Of a stretch of DNA of 33,922 nucleotides, positions 10,401 to 20,981 are shown piece by piece; positions within the stretch are counted from its first letter, which is position 1; the number at the start of each line of letters is the position of its first letter. The position numbers and the translations under genes were made by a program. The notes under the pieces were generated by a model. It did not search any database and was not told the DNA's origin. It saw only the letters and a list, made by a program, of their open reading frames with translations. Location of the stretch: contig JWZX01002180.1 in the NCBI GenBank assembly GCA_001275005.1, positions 1-33,922 on the forward strand. Reading direction: 5' to 3'. The DNA is from Chrysochromulina tobinii. Its lineage: Eukaryota.

Positions 10401-11492
10401 CGGGCGCTCACGAAGGCTCGTGGGCACGTGGGCCTCGCGTTCCTTCACCTGCAAAGGGCTCATTCCGAGCCTCGACCAGCATTCATCTCAACAGTAGCAC
10501 TTCCCTCGGCTCGCACTGAGGCCGAGACTACGGCAGCTAAGGAAGCGGCAGCAAAGAAGGCGGCGGCTCAGGCAGCTGCGGCCGGCGCGACGGGCGCCGA
10601 GGCGCCGCTGCCTGAGGGGTGGATGCAGGTCAAGGCACCCGACGGGCGGACTTACTACTTGATTCAGGGAGGCGGCAAGCCGCAGTTCGAGCGTCCGACG
10701 GAGCCCGCATCCGCATCGTTCGGCCTATCGGAAGGGCGGATTCCGTTCGGATCGTGGCCTGCTCGCGGCATGACGCCTTTGGCCTCTCTGCCGCCGCTAC
10801 CTTCCACTCGACGTACCCAGGCGTGGTACGACCGGCAAGAACAGCTCCAAGAAAGGTTGAATGCGGGGCGGCTGTTACAGGAGGCTGCTGAGCAGCCTTT
10901 GCCGCTTCCAGCCATTGCTGACATCCAGCCTCAGCTGTGGCCCTCGACCACTTGGGCGGGATACGACTCGGCGAAGCGGATGAGAGGCCGCCACGACGGC
11001 AGTAACAGTGCGCACGGAGGCCTGCTTGGGGGGTCAAATGCTGCCGGTGGAGCAACAAAGCTTATAGACCCGACCTCATTTGAAACGCCCACCGCGCCAA
11101 AGGTAGCAGCTACCTCCAAGGCGAGCCCGCGCGTGCGGATAGCGCGCCAACAGGCAGAGTACAAGGGCGACACTCATCAACCGAAGGAGGCGACAAGCTT
11201 GAGCCCCCAGCTGATCTTGCCCAACCTAACACCTCGCTCGGGGATGGGAGCTGCGCGAACGGCAATGGAGCGCCAGTTGGCAGCGTACCATGAGATCTAC
11301 GGACAAGACCAACGTGTTGTCCATCATCACCAGCGGCTCAAGCCAAACTTAGTCAGGCCTGCACTGTCAGCAGAGACGCGTCCAGAAGCCACACTTCTAC
11401 CACACGTCAATGTGCTGGGAAGCGGGGCCGGGGGTAAAGGTAAGGGTACAAGTACGAAAAAGGCGCATGCGTACTTTGAAGCGTATGTATGA
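7479..11492 (+). CDS. EF-hand / IQ-like / WW domain protein with long AAAEK low-complexity repeats
   Basis: EF-hand loop [15 protein letters not shown]-like [16 protein letters not shown]-like [30 protein letters not shown]; (EKAAA)n tracts; about 56-aa internal duplication (8850-9017 vs 9204-9371). Confidence 0.8.
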   Translation: MVAPSPPYPQRTQSPTSSRTSSPSAVKGSRAHLLVAQSLFKAVSKGADRISMEAMKAHLRERGDVPDELLDSVVSALDINGDGEIDLHEFSQGWDTVAVEKAAAEKAAAEKAAAEKAAAAEKAAAEKAAAEKAEASEKAAAAAATYDPKLVQQQMKEMEAAKAAEATRKQREELEYTREAIRRSEEAQRLKKLAEEEEAEKKRVEEIAAVRHKMLISSAMPLPLPPPPPELLVPASAATAPASNKAAAEEAAAEKAVAPMKAAEKAAAEKAALDESKETAAEAKEEAAKEEATKAAAAEEGDAAAAAALSRAMEAEARAAAAEARAAAAEARAVEAEERARQAEVKAVTASAEAAAAAAALLASTPLVPDAPVDASPTTSGAPPAGAAPAVKKVAAAEKAAATEKVTVVENVAVEKAAAEMAAADKAADEKALERGAAALATEEAAAREAAKGAVAPVQTVIAQSVPTVSRPSSAELLAREEAALLVELANAQKALAEAEAVEKALVEAAAAEAAAEAAAEAAVAAAIVQAAARRWLVGFRERRRLAALEAAAPAQVSQPALQAPERPQTPAEVVVQAVIAQSVPAVSRPSTAEFMAREEAALMVELANAQKVLAEAEAAEKALVEASAAEELNHFEAQLEVEEATVTVPSATTEVEVLAGATAAAPTEVVAAIVAAPAATAEGAATEKVAAAEKVAAAEENATAEKKALAEKATEIEKAAAEAKAAAETEKVAVAEKAAAQKAAAERAAAERAAAAEKAAAERAVVAEKAAAEKAVADKVAAEKAAAERAAAERAAAERAAAEKAAAEKATAEKAAAEKAAAETAAAAAREVLVEATVQWVMAEALQLEARRQMEERQRRAAAAAAGRRKVHKAAHAIRATIRMHALAEETRAISRAEKAVLIRKLALEESAYALAVVWDLAMKECDLLAAERVAAEAAAAEAAMESDPKMRALFDKILTEPSLEGTTLVDMMRALTKARGHVGLAFLHLQRAHSEPRPAFISTVALPSARTEAETTAAKEAAAKKAAAQAAAAGATGAEAPLPEGWMQVKAPDGRTYYLIQGGGKPQFERPTEPASASFGLSEGRIPFGSWPARGMTPLASLPPLPSTRRTQAWYDRQEQLQERLNAGRLLQEAAEQPLPLPAIADIQPQLWPSTTWAGYDSAKRMRGRHDGSNSAHGGLLGGSNAAGGATKLIDPTSFETPTAPKVAATSKASPRVRIARQQAEYKGDTHQPKEATSLSPQLILPNLTPRSGMGAARTAMERQLAAYHEIYGQDQRVVHHHQRLKPNLVRPALSAETRPEATLLPHVNVLGSGAGGKGKGTSTKKAHAYFEAYV

Positions 11493-11589
11493 TTTCGGTA
11501 TGACGGTACTTAGTTCACCGAAGCCCCGCGCCTCCTATCTCACCATCTCGCCTCTCTTTCGGTGAACGGCTTGTCGGACCGCATGCACC

Positions 11590-14500
11590 TCAAACGTCTT
11601 CGAGCCTGAGGCGAGCGACAATGTTCATAGATTGCAGCTCCTGAAACAACAATTTGCAAGCATATGGGATCTCAATCTGGCGCAGCTTCTCGCCATTATG
11701 ACAGTTTCGGCACCATGCCGGGCGACCCAATAGGCCGCACGTCTCGCACACGTGCACCTGGAAACAGTCGGACGAGGTCATCAGCCGCTCGTTGAGCAGC
11801 ATAGATGCGCCGTAGCCAATCAGACAGTCGCGCTCCATCTCGCCGAGACGCAGCCCACCCTCACGCGAACGCCCTTCAGTCGGCTGACGCGTAAGCACCT
11901 GCCGCGGCCCACGCGCGCGCGCATGCATCTTGTCAATGACCATGTGCTTGAGCTTTTGATAGTAAATGGGCCCAACGAAGACGTAGCTCTTGAGCGGCTC
12001 GCCGGTCAAGCCACTGAACATGATGTCCTTGCCAAGGTAGTTGAAGCCATGCTTCACGAGCGCCACGGAGCACTCGGCGACTGAGTCGCCCTTGAAAGCA
12101 GTGCCATCCCCCATGCGACCCTCGAGCACGCCCGCCTTGCCCGCCATGAGCTCAATCATCTTTCCAACGGTCATGCGCGAGGGGAAGCCGTGCGGGTTCA
12201 TGATGATGTCCGGGCACACGCCCATGTCAGTGAAGGGCAGGTCCTCCTGCGGCACGATTCGACCGATGACGCCCTTTTGGCCGTGGCGCGACGAGAACTT
12301 GTCGCCTAGCTCTGGCCGTCTCGTTGAGCGCACGCGGATCTTGACGAGTTGCCGATCGTTCTTATTCCCCGAGAGCATCACGCGGTCCACGTACGTATCC
12401 ATATGCCCGGCGGGGCCTTTGTACGTCAACGGCGACGGACGCAGCGCCGAGTCGGGCAGCCGCTCGTGCTCCGAGTAGGGCACGTCGTCCCGCGTGTTGA
12501 CTGGCGTGTGCTTATTGACGAGGAGGTCGAGTTGGTGGATCCGCTCGCCGACCATGCACAGGCCATCGTCGTCGATCAGCCGAAACCTGTTCGGCTGCGA
12601 GGAGCGCTCTCTCAGCCCCTCGCGGGCTGCAGCCGGTGATGGTTTAGGCGGTGGCCTCGCGACCTCGCAAGAGCCATTGGGGAACTTTTTGAAGGTCTGG
12701 GTGAACTTTTTGAGCACCATGCATCGGCCGAAGCCGCGGTCGAGGGCCGCCTTGTTGATGATGAGCGCGTCCTCAATGTCGTATCCCGAGTAACTCATGA
12801 CTGCGACGGTCGCATTGTGCCCAGCGGGCAGATTCGCGAACTTGATCAGGTCGAGCGTACGTGTCTTGACGAGCGGCTTATGCGGGTAGATGAGCAGGTA
12901 CAGGATGGTGTCGATACGATCAGCCTGGTTGTGCGCAATGGTGCCCATCGCTTGCTTGCCCATGGCGCACTGATACGTGTTGCGAGGCGACTGGTTGTGA
13001 TGGGGATATGGGATGAGGCCCGCGCACACGCCCAGGATCGTGAGGGGGTCGATCTCCATGTGTGTGTACTGCGTCCGCCGCTCGCCGCGCAGGTCTGCTT
13101 CCGAGACCGCGATCTCGGCCGAATTCTCCTCGTTGACATCGAGGTACTCAATGATGCCCTCCTTGATGAAGGCCGACCACTCGCGCTTGCCTGCAGCGAG
13201 CTCGTCGAGGTGGCACTGCTTGAGCAGCAGCGTGCCGTTGTCGACGATGAGCAGCGGGCGGCACACCCGTCCTGAGTCGGAAGCGATATTGACGCTCCGG
13301 TGCGTCGGATGCAATTGCACAGAGACGAACTCGCCCACGTGGCCCGTGCGGCGCAGCTGACGGATGGTGGCCAGGAGCTTGTGCGGCTGTCGGTGCACCC
13401 CAAGGATGAGGCCGTTGAGTAAAACGAGGTGTGCGCCGTTCCTCGCCTCGTACAGGTCGTCCGGGCAGAGCAGGTGCACATCTTCGACGCCGAGGGAGAA
13501 GCACAGCCGCCGAATCGGCTCCTCGTCGTCGTCGGTGGTGACATGTGTCGAGAGCGCGAGGTTCTTGACGAGACCGCACGCCTCGCCCTCGGGCGTGTCG
13601 CTCGGGCAAAGCATGCCCCACTGCGACGGCTGCAGCGAGCGAGGTCCCGAGACCTTGCGCGTCTTTTCGAATTGTGACATGATGCGGGTCATCATGCCGA
13701 GGCATGAAATGTACGAGAGCCTCGATAGCACCTGCGTGACGCCGCTGCGCTCCATCCGGAACCGCTTGACCGACCAGTTGCCAGTCGAGATCGCGTTGTT
13801 GAAGCCGTTGGTGAAGATGTCCTCTCGCACTGACTTGGTGACGTCATATGCCTCGGCACGCGCCGAGGTCTTGGCGAGCTCAACCGACGCCTGCCGCTTC
13901 AATTCGGCACACATCTTCTTGAATAGATCTTCGAAGAGAAGCGAGAGCAGCTGCCCGGCGAGCTCGAGCCTCTTGTTGCCGTAGTAGTCCATATCATCCA
14001 TGAACTCCTCATCGAATTGTGCCGAGATCATTCGGCGCACCATCTGCGCCACGTACATCACCTTGGGAGCGAAGTCATACTCGACCACGGGCACATGAGC
14101 GAGCAACACGTGGGCTAGCAGCTCTCGCGCCTCGTCCCGCTTGGAGCGGCGCGGCGTGCGCTCCCACGTGCCTCGGCCTCCCGTCCGAATGCGCTTCGCG
14201 ATATGATCCAGCGCCTGCCCTTCTGAAAAGATCCCGAGCATCGAGCACTCCTTAAGCGACGTGGCCATCGCCTGCGCAAACTTGGGCTCCGAGCCGACGA
14301 GCTGCAGGATCTCCTGGTCGGAGGTCACGCCCATGGCCTTGAACGCAATCACCACGGGCAGGTCGTCCGACATCGTGTTGTGCCGCAGCACGAACTTGCC
14401 ACCCTTGCAGTCAATGTGCGTCTTCGACTTGCGTTCGTGCGTCGAGGAAGTGACCGCCGAGTGGATCTGGTTCTTATTGTCGCGGTCCACAATGATGCGG

Positions 14501-15126
14501 TTCTTCGAGAGCTGCTCTTGGATGAGCACCACTTTCTCTTGACCTTTGACGATGAAGTACCCGCCCGGGTCGCACGGGCACTCGCCCATGCGTGCAAGCT
14601 CCTCCTCGGAACGCCCATGCAACATACACTTGTTCGAGCGGAGCATGACTGGCATGCGGCCTACCGTCAGCCCGCGCTTCAGCCGGCGCTGCGTCCCGAC
14701 CGTGTACTCAACGTCCACTTGCACCGGCGCGGAGTACGTGATGTCTCGCAGCCGACACTCTTGAGGCGTGAATCGCCCCGACTCCCAAGTCAGCTCGGCA
14801 GAAAGGTCCTCCTCGACGGAAGGTGCGCCCAAGTAGACATCCAAGAATTTGAGATAGAAGTTTGGATAATTGTCACAGGTGACACGCTCGTTGGCTCGTA
14901 CGATGTGCTTGATACCAATATTCACCAGATGGTTGTACGAATCGAGGTGCTGCTTGACGAGACCGCGGACGCGCAAAAAGGCAGGCAGCAGTCGCCATTT
15001 ATCTTTGACGTCTGACACGGGCGCCTCAAGTTGCTCACGATCACCAAGGAGGCATGAGCGGACCTGTTCGTCTTCATCCGCAAGGATCGCCTCAGCTGCG
15101 CGTTGCAGCGGAGTAGTGAGCACCAT
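11590..15126 (-). CDS. RPC2: DNA-directed RNA polymerase III second-largest subunit (RPC2/POLR3B), intronless
   Basis: Pol III-type N-terminus [72 protein letters not shown]-terminal Zn ribbon, [14 protein letters not shown]. Start set at ATG 15126 (MVLTT). Confidence 0.96.
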   Translation of the reverse strand: MVLTTPLQRAAEAILADEDEQVRSCLLGDREQLEAPVSDVKDKWRLLPAFLRVRGLVKQHLDSYNHLVNIGIKHIVRANERVTCDNYPNFYLKFLDVYLGAPSVEEDLSAELTWESGRFTPQECRLRDITYSAPVQVDVEYTVGTQRRLKRGLTVGRMPVMLRSNKCMLHGRSEEELARMGECPCDPGGYFIVKGQEKVVLIQEQLSKNRIIVDRDNKNQIHSAVTSSTHERKSKTHIDCKGGKFVLRHNTMSDDLPVVIAFKAMGVTSDQEILQLVGSEPKFAQAMATSLKECSMLGIFSEGQALDHIAKRIRTGGRGTWERTPRRSKRDEARELLAHVLLAHVPVVEYDFAPKVMYVAQMVRRMISAQFDEEFMDDMDYYGNKRLELAGQLLSLLFEDLFKKMCAELKRQASVELAKTSARAEAYDVTKSVREDIFTNGFNNAISTGNWSVKRFRMERSGVTQVLSRLSYISCLGMMTRIMSQFEKTRKVSGPRSLQPSQWGMLCPSDTPEGEACGLVKNLALSTHVTTDDDEEPIRRLCFSLGVEDVHLLCPDDLYEARNGAHLVLLNGLILGVHRQPHKLLATIRQLRRTGHVGEFVSVQLHPTHRSVNIASDSGRVCRPLLIVDNGTLLLKQCHLDELAAGKREWSAFIKEGIIEYLDVNEENSAEIAVSEADLRGERRTQYTHMEIDPLTILGVCAGLIPYPHHNQSPRNTYQCAMGKQAMGTIAHNQADRIDTILYLLIYPHKPLVKTRTLDLIKFANLPAGHNATVAVMSYSGYDIEDALIINKAALDRGFGRCMVLKKFTQTFKKFPNGSCEVARPPPKPSPAAAREGLRERSSQPNRFRLIDDDGLCMVGERIHQLDLLVNKHTPVNTRDDVPYSEHERLPDSALRPSPLTYKGPAGHMDTYVDRVMLSGNKNDRQLVKIRVRSTRRPELGDKFSSRHGQKGVIGRIVPQEDLPFTDMGVCPDIIMNPHGFPSRMTVGKMIELMAGKAGVLEGRMGDGTAFKGDSVAECSVALVKHGFNYLGKDIMFSGLTGEPLKSYVFVGPIYYQKLKHMVIDKMHARARGPRQVLTRQPTEGRSREGGLRLGEMERDCLIGYGASMLLNERLMTSSDCFQVHVCETCGLLGRPAWCRNCHNGEKLRQIEIPYACKLLFQELQSMNIVARLRLEDV

Positions 15127-15499
15127 GGAGACGACGTGGACCGGGCGAAGTTCCGTAGTATGAATGCGAGTGTGAAGATCATCGCTTTCTCCTGCGCGAA
15201 GGCTCTTTATCCTCGCGGGGGGGCCGCGACGAAACTGACAGACTGACTGAGATCGTGAGAATAGCCCGCGCGGGTCTGGCCGAGATGGGCTCGAGACCCG
15301 CTTAAAAGTCGACGCGTGGTCTGTAGCGCCTCTCGCGCACGCCTCTCCTGGGCAAGCGGGGGAAACGGATTCCCCTGGCACGCACCACGCAACCTTTCCT
15401 TTTGACGAGACGGACAAAAGGCTCCGAGATTTCATCAGCGCTTCGATTTGTCGAGGGTCACGATCGTCGATTTCACGAGGAGCCTCCGTCCGAGCCTCG

Positions 15500-16642
15500 A
15501 TGGTGGCGTGCGTGCTCGCTTTGGCAGTCGTCACGGCAAGCTGGACAGTCCCAGCGGCCAGTCCCAGCAAGTTGGACAACCCACTCGGCAGGAAGTTTGA
15601 GCTCGCGCACATCGATGTTCAACTTGCCGTGCGCCATCTCCAATGTGTCAACCTGGGTCTTCCATTCGCTCAGGGCGCGTTTGGCCACGTCCTCGACGCT
15701 ACGATTGAAGGTGCGGAAGTGAAACATTGCGTCGCCAAGCGTGCAGCCAAAGGCAAGGCCGATGCCGAGACTTACCTAGCATCGGAGGCACACCTCAATG
15801 AGTACTTCCACAAGGTTGCACCTGGGTCGCGACACCTTGCTCCGTTTCTAGGCGTCGCCAACGTTGGTTGGACAGATCACTTGATCTGGGAACGATGCCC
15901 CGGAGCACAACACTCGCTCGATTGGTACCTTGAGCTTCCGGAGCGCCAGGGACATCTGGCTCGCGATCTGGGCGTAGTGGCCACGCCTGATGTCTCAGTG
16001 CTCACGACCAGGCTTCAGATCGTCCTTGGACGGAAATTGCTACATGAGATGCTCTCCGCGCTTGCCCTTCTGCACACGCACGGTGTGATCCACCGGGACG
16101 TGAAGCCAGAGAATTGGCTCGTCGACGTCCGCACGCAGTCGCTTCGGCTCATCGACTTTGGAGCGGCGTACGCTTTCCGAGACGGTTGGACGGAGCACCA
16201 AGTGCCGGGCACCGAAGCGTATGCTCCTCCCGAGCAAACGGCCGAGCCGACAGCGCCGTGGTCGTACGACCTCTACTCCACGGCCATGGTGTGGCTACGG
16301 TGTTGCGTGAGCAGCTACTCATCAGCCGCTGGATTTGAGGCGCTGCGTGCTTCGCTGGAGTGTCAAGCAGATCCAGGAGACTGGCTGGCGCAGAGGCACG
16401 TCGGCCCGGCGGATACTGCCGGTCCGGAGATGTGGGCATTGATAGGGCGCATGCTGGCACGCGACCCACGCAAACGTGCGACCGTGTGCGAACATCTAGG
16501 CAGCTTCGAAGACATGAACAATGCAGCTTCTGCCGAGCCGCTCGCTGCTGAGCTTGCAACACCCAATATGGCCAACCTAGAGTCGTGCCTGGCTGACTTT
16601 TCATGCCCTCTTGTGCTGGAGGAGTGCTCGATGCCCCTGTAG
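15500..16642 (+). CDS. Ser/Thr protein kinase with N-terminal signal peptide (possibly plastid-targeted, STN7/STN8-like flavour)
   Basis: [37 protein letters not shown] motifs; hydrophobic leader [15 protein letters not shown]. Confidence 0.88.
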   Translation: MVACVLALAVVTASWTVPAASPSKLDNPLGRKFELAHIDVQLAVRHLQCVNLGLPFAQGAFGHVLDATIEGAEVKHCVAKRAAKGKADAETYLASEAHLNEYFHKVAPGSRHLAPFLGVANVGWTDHLIWERCPGAQHSLDWYLELPERQGHLARDLGVVATPDVSVLTTRLQIVLGRKLLHEMLSALALLHTHGVIHRDVKPENWLVDVRTQSLRLIDFGAAYAFRDGWTEHQVPGTEAYAPPEQTAEPTAPWSYDLYSTAMVWLRCCVSSYSSAAGFEALRASLECQADPGDWLAQRHVGPADTAGPEMWALIGRMLARDPRKRATVCEHLGSFEDMNNAASAEPLAAELATPNMANLESCLADFSCPLVLEECSMPL

Positions 16643-16843
16643 AATTCCAGACTCCGTTTGGATACTTTCGCTCCCGCTTTTTCGTTGGCTTAATCGAAAA
16701 TATGAAAAGAGAGAGGAGATCTCCGTACGATTCACCGATCTCAGAGAGCGAGCAGCTCACACAAACCGCTCTTGGCGAGCAGAACAGGGCGTCTAGCGGG
16801 AGGTAGGCGATGAGATACCACTATTTCCCGCGTCGGCCATCGC

Positions 16844-17992
16844 ATGAGGAATAATTTATCGCGCTTGACGAATCTTGCCGCGAAAGTGATTCCGGGTCCT
16901 GCTGGCCCTGGCGGGACGCTGAGGGACGGCTGTGCCTCTGTGCGAGCCGAGATGATGCGCACATCCGCCCGTACCCGCGCACAAACTGCCCGTGATCGCG
17001 CCCAAACCGGCCACCAGGAAGATAAAATCACGGCACAGCTCATCTACTTGCACATGCTCCCGTCCGAGCTCCTAGTGCTCATCGTCAAGGCTGTGCTCCT
17101 GTCGACAGTGCCCCAACGTGATGGCAAGTGCACACCGCTCCGCGTCCTTGCCACCGTCTCCACGTCCTTTGCAGCTGCCTGCTCCACCCTGGCCAACTCG
17201 GGGGCGGTGCACGTTGGAGTCACACCAGATCAGCTTCGTGCGTTCAAGCGGGCTGCACATGCGCTCGACCTCTCCTCCCTACGCGAGCCCTTCCTCCGCA
17301 CCGTGGAGGCTCAGCTGGGCAACTTCGAGTTCTCGGATTACGACCTGCCCGACGAGGACGAAGAGGGGGACCCGATGATCGGCAACACGTGGATGGGAAT
17401 GATCACGGCCTGGAAGAGGTTGAACGCGGAGAAAGGTGAAGTCGTTGACGACACGAGAAGCTTTGCCGAGTCGCAGGCTGATGCGACGCATGCGCTCTTC
17501 AAGAGTGTCGCCGAGAGCTACAAGAAGATGCTCGTCATCAAGGCCGTCGAGATGCGCGCTGCCGAGACGAAGTCTGTGGCTCAAGACGCCGAGCAGTTTA
17601 GATGGCTCGAGAGGTCCATGTGCACCAAGGTGATCGATTGCCTCTGGCACACCCACCTTCTCTCGCCGCAGCACTATCTCACTTCATGCTCTTCGGTGCT
17701 TGGCTATGTCGGCGTCATCGATCACGATCGTGGCTACGTGTCGAAGCATGAGCACAAGGGCTCGTCGCTGGCGCACAAGATCGCCAATCTCTACGAGTGG
17801 GAGCGCCTCCCCGATAACCCGTACTTTGCTCATCTGACCCTTCACAAGAAGTACGGGTTATCGCTCCACGACGACGTGCAGTCGTGGCTCCTGGCCAAGC
17901 AGCCCGAGGACTGGCTCGAGTACGCGTTTCAAGAGGTCGAGTCGGGCGACGAGATGGAGTGCGGGTGCGCGGCCTGCAGCTTGGGATTGTGA
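16844..17992 (+). CDS. GRDP/DUF1399-like protein with possible F-box-like N-terminal segment; start uncertain
   Basis: YKKMLVIK...IDCLWHTHLLSPQHYLTSC...GVIDHD resembles the GRDP1/DUF1399 motif (ID.xWHxHxL.P..Y...C...IDHD); LHMLPSELLVLIVKAV is F-box-like. Confidence 0.6.
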   Translation: MRNNLSRLTNLAAKVIPGPAGPGGTLRDGCASVRAEMMRTSARTRAQTARDRAQTGHQEDKITAQLIYLHMLPSELLVLIVKAVLLSTVPQRDGKCTPLRVLATVSTSFAAACSTLANSGAVHVGVTPDQLRAFKRAAHALDLSSLREPFLRTVEAQLGNFEFSDYDLPDEDEEGDPMIGNTWMGMITAWKRLNAEKGEVVDDTRSFAESQADATHALFKSVAESYKKMLVIKAVEMRAAETKSVAQDAEQFRWLERSMCTKVIDCLWHTHLLSPQHYLTSCSSVLGYVGVIDHDRGYVSKHEHKGSSLAHKIANLYEWERLPDNPYFAHLTLHKKYGLSLHDDVQSWLLAKQPEDWLEYAFQEVESGDEMECGCAACSLGL

Positions 17993-18125
17993 TCTCGGGC
18001 GACGAGATGGAGTGCGGGTGAGATCGCGTCCTGGCCTGCAGCTCGGGATTGTGATCTCGGGCGACGAGATGGAGTGCGGGTGAGATCGCGTCCTGAACCC
18101 GGAACTGCAGTTCGGGATTGTGATC
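17942..18125 (+). repeat. Three imperfect tandem repeats (53, 62, 69 nt) over the 3' end of the gene
   Basis: TCGGGCGACGAGATGGAGTGCGGGTG...CTGCAG..GGGATTGTGATC starting at 17942, 17995 and 18057. Confidence 0.85.
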
Positions 18126-18433
18126 TCGGCAGAGAGGCAGGGAGGCGCAGAATGCACTGGAAAGCCGAGCAGTGCCCAGTCGGCAGTGCTGGTGCGCGGC
18201 GCATAGTGCATCGCCCGGAACTACGAACGACTTGCCACACGACAAGGACACAACGGCGCTGAAGGTTACCGCGTACAAGTAAGGAACATGCCAGTCCCTG
18301 AATGAGAGGCGCTGTTGCATGCTTCCTGATAATAAATGACATCCAGCGACACAGTAGCTACTAGTACACTGGCATGCTCAGGCGCAGGAGCATCCCGCGC
18401 CCTCGTGAGCGCTCGTGTCTGAGTGTGATGTGA

Positions 18434-20107
18434 ATGGCGTCTTTCATGCTCTTCTGCGCCGTGACAACAAGCAGCTTGCTCCCGAGCCTCAGAGTCTCGG
18501 GCCGAGCACGTTGCAGCGTGCCATGCTGCGCCACCGCATGGGACCCACAATCTTCCGGGGATGTTGCACTCGCGAGCGTGCTCGGGCTATGCCCACTCGA
18601 TGCTGACAATGCCGCTCTGCTAGATGCTGTGCACCCTCGATCGTGGCAAGATCCGACACCACCCGATGTTTACGATCTCGTCGTCATTGGAGCTGGCGCG
18701 GGCGGGCTTGTCTCGGCCAAGCAGGCGGCACGCCGTGGTGCGCGCTCGTGCCTGATCTCGGAGGAGCTCGCCGGTGGAGATTGTCTCAACGTCGGCTGTG
18801 TGCCTTCGAAGGCTCTGCTGCGTTCAGCTCGTGCCGCGCGTGAGGTGCGGCGGGCCGCCGATTTCGGCGTCGTACTTAGCGAGCCACCCTCTGTCGACTT
18901 TGCGGCGGTTATGGCGCGGCTGCGGAGGCTGCGAGCCAAGATTGCGCCGGCGGATGCGCACTCCGCGACGGTCAGCGTCGGCGCCGACGTGTACCAGGGC
19001 CGCGGACGCTTCGTGCGGCGTGACGCCGTGGAGGTGAATGGGCAGCTGCTCACCTTCAAGAAGGCCGTGATCGCCACAGGCGGGCGGGCGGCCGTGCCGC
19101 CCATCCCCGGGCTCGAGAGCACGCCGTACCTCACCAACAGCAACCTGTTCAATCTGCGCGAGCTGCCACCTCGGCTCGTCATCGTGGGTGCTGGCCCGAT
19201 AGGCCTGGAGATGGCGCAGGCCTTTGCGACCTTTGGCTCGCGTGTGCACGTGCTCGGCCGATCAGCGAGCCTTCTCCCACAGGAGCATCCGGCGGCGGGT
19301 CGAGCGCTCGCCGCAGCTCTCGAAGAAGACGGCGTCGTCATCGTCTACAATACGACTGTGCAGAGCGTCGCACATGTGCCTGCGGCCGGTGGCGTGCTGG
19401 AGGGCCAAACGGAGCCTGCGACGTTCCCGACCATCACAGTGCAGTGCGTGGGCCGCGATGCGCAACCTTTCGTTCTCGAGTGCGACGCACTGCTCATCGC
19501 CACAGGCAGGTCACCCAACGTGGCCGATCTCGGGCTCGAGATGGCGGGAGTGGCCATCGATGCGGGCGGCGTGCTCGTCGACGAGCGACTCCAAACGTCC
19601 AACCCGAATGTGTACGCGGTGGGCGATTGCGTCTCAGGCACGCCGCGCTTCACCCACGTGGCCGGCGAGCACGCCAAGGTGGCGGTTGAAAATGCTCTCT
19701 TTGGAGGCGAGTGGCGTCACACGGCCTTTCTCGTGCCCGGCTGTATTTATACCGAGCCCGAGGTAGCGACCGTGGGATTGAGCAGTGCTCTCGCTGCGGC
19801 CGCGGCCGGCGTCGACGTCGACGAGTACTTCACGTCTCTGGAGGGCAATGACCGAGCTATCCTCGAGGATGAGGACGAGCACGGAGGATTCGTCAACGTG
19901 CTCTGTCGTCAAGGCACTGCCGAGATCGTGGGCGCCACAGTGTGCGCAAACCGCGCGGGCGAGATCATCAATGAGCTTACGCTCGCCATCCAGGCCAAGG
20001 TGGGCCTCGACACCCTCGCGCGCGTCATCCATCCCTATCCGACCACGTCGGAGGCGGTGATGCAGTGTGCTTTGCAGTGGATCCGGGCACGCTGGAAGAC
20101 GATGTGA
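18434..20107 (+). CDS. Pyridine nucleotide-disulfide oxidoreductase class I (mercuric reductase-like / dihydrolipoamide dehydrogenase family)
   Basis: GAGAGG FAD motif, redox GGDCLNVGCVPSK, GAGPIGLE NAD(P) motif, VYAVGD, HPYPTTSE dimerisation motif; N-terminal targeting-like leader; no C-terminal Cys-Cys. Confidence 0.92.
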   Translation: MASFMLFCAVTTSSLLPSLRVSGRARCSVPCCATAWDPQSSGDVALASVLGLCPLDADNAALLDAVHPRSWQDPTPPDVYDLVVIGAGAGGLVSAKQAARRGARSCLISEELAGGDCLNVGCVPSKALLRSARAAREVRRAADFGVVLSEPPSVDFAAVMARLRRLRAKIAPADAHSATVSVGADVYQGRGRFVRRDAVEVNGQLLTFKKAVIATGGRAAVPPIPGLESTPYLTNSNLFNLRELPPRLVIVGAGPIGLEMAQAFATFGSRVHVLGRSASLLPQEHPAAGRALAAALEEDGVVIVYNTTVQSVAHVPAAGGVLEGQTEPATFPTITVQCVGRDAQPFVLECDALLIATGRSPNVADLGLEMAGVAIDAGGVLVDERLQTSNPNVYAVGDCVSGTPRFTHVAGEHAKVAVENALFGGEWRHTAFLVPGCIYTEPEVATVGLSSALAAAAAGVDVDEYFTSLEGNDRAILEDEDEHGGFVNVLCRQGTAEIVGATVCANRAGEIINELTLAIQAKVGLDTLARVIHPYPTTSEAVMQCALQWIRARWKTM

Positions 20108-20299
20108 GCGCGAGAGTTGGAGCATTGACCGTGTATCGGCCGGTACAGCAAAACGGCCGGTGCAAGTAGGGCTCGCAACGGGCCATACGCTCTCTAATTG
20201 CGGCTTGCCAAGTTTGGAACGGGCGCCGTTCTGCGTCTTGCGGCATGGCGAAGGCGAAGGCAACCGGGTATGTCCCGGCTCGAGCATGATGCTGAGCGG

Positions 20300-20521
20300 T
20301 AAGGCAAGGCGCATTTGGACGAGGCGCACCTGATGAGGGTGGCAATCAGCATGCGCTCAGAGGGACCAGTCCGTGCCTATCAGGGCCAGTCTAAAGTCGA
20401 CGAGGCGCACATGTGCCCGCGCGTCCAGCAACACGTTCTCCGGCTTCAGATCACGGTAGAGCACCCCGCGCGCATGCATGTGCCCGAACACGCAGAAGAC
20501 TTCGGAGGCGACGAAGCGGAT
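20300..20521 (-). pseudogene. AGC-type protein kinase remnant, subdomains VIa-VII
   Basis: IRFVASEVFCVFGHMHARGVLYRDLKPENVLLDARAHVRLV(DF/QM)RLA; no N-lobe upstream and DFG degraded. Confidence 0.75.
20330..20410 (-). other. Intron (81 nt, GT-AG, phase 0) with type A acceptor cassette
   Basis: On the minus strand: CAT|GTGCGCCTCGTC...CTGATTGCCACCCTCATCAG|GTGCGCCTCGTC. 12-nt duplication of the exon start; 3' end matches introns at 3310-3495. Confidence 0.65.
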
Positions 20522-20549
20522 AGGCATGGGCGGCCGCTGCCCGAGCACC

Positions 20550-20725
20550 GACATACTCGCTGGCACCGGCGGTAACATGGCGCCTCGCTGGCACCGACGG
20601 ATGTACATACTCGCTGGCACCGACTGATACATGGCGCCTGAGGTCCTGAAGGCTGGCCGTTGCTTGCATGCGGTCAGTGCAGCGTGTGCTACTCAGCGCC
20701 AGCCGACTGGTTCACTTTCGGTGTG
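20550..20725 (+). pseudogene. Protein kinase remnant, subdomains VIII-IX, opposite strand to the previous fragment
   Basis: ILAGTD*YMAPEVLK (TGA at 20625-20627), frameshift, then YSAPADWFTFGV; the LAGT segment is present in three degenerate tandem copies. Confidence 0.7.
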
Positions 20726-20981
20726 GCCTCGAGCGCGTCCTTGACCACGACGGCGAGCGAGGCGCAGTACAAAGCGGAGCTGCAGCTGCTCGAGCAGCTC
20801 GACGAAGAGAATTCCTTCCCTTTTGTGGCGAGGCAGGCCATCGAGGATGAGTGCGTTCGTTTGAGCAGCACCTCGAGAGTCTTTAGTGTAAGTGGAAGTG
20901 TTAACACCGAGCCCGCTCTGGACGACCTGGATCCTATAGGAAACTTAGAAGTAACGGCGGAAACTTGGATTACGGAGCGAT

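Noticed and set aside
15127..15612. 162-aa N-terminal extension of the RPC2 ORF in the track
   Set aside because: No polymerase similarity and it overlaps the divergent kinase start; ATG 15126 gives a normal RPC2 length.
18434..20107. merA / mercury resistance call
   Set aside because: Lacks the C-terminal Cys-Cys and N-terminal HMA domain; no mer operon.
20726..20981. Upstream exon of the 1586-aa gene
   Set aside because: Different frame, an in-frame TAA at 20952 and no splice pair I can defend.
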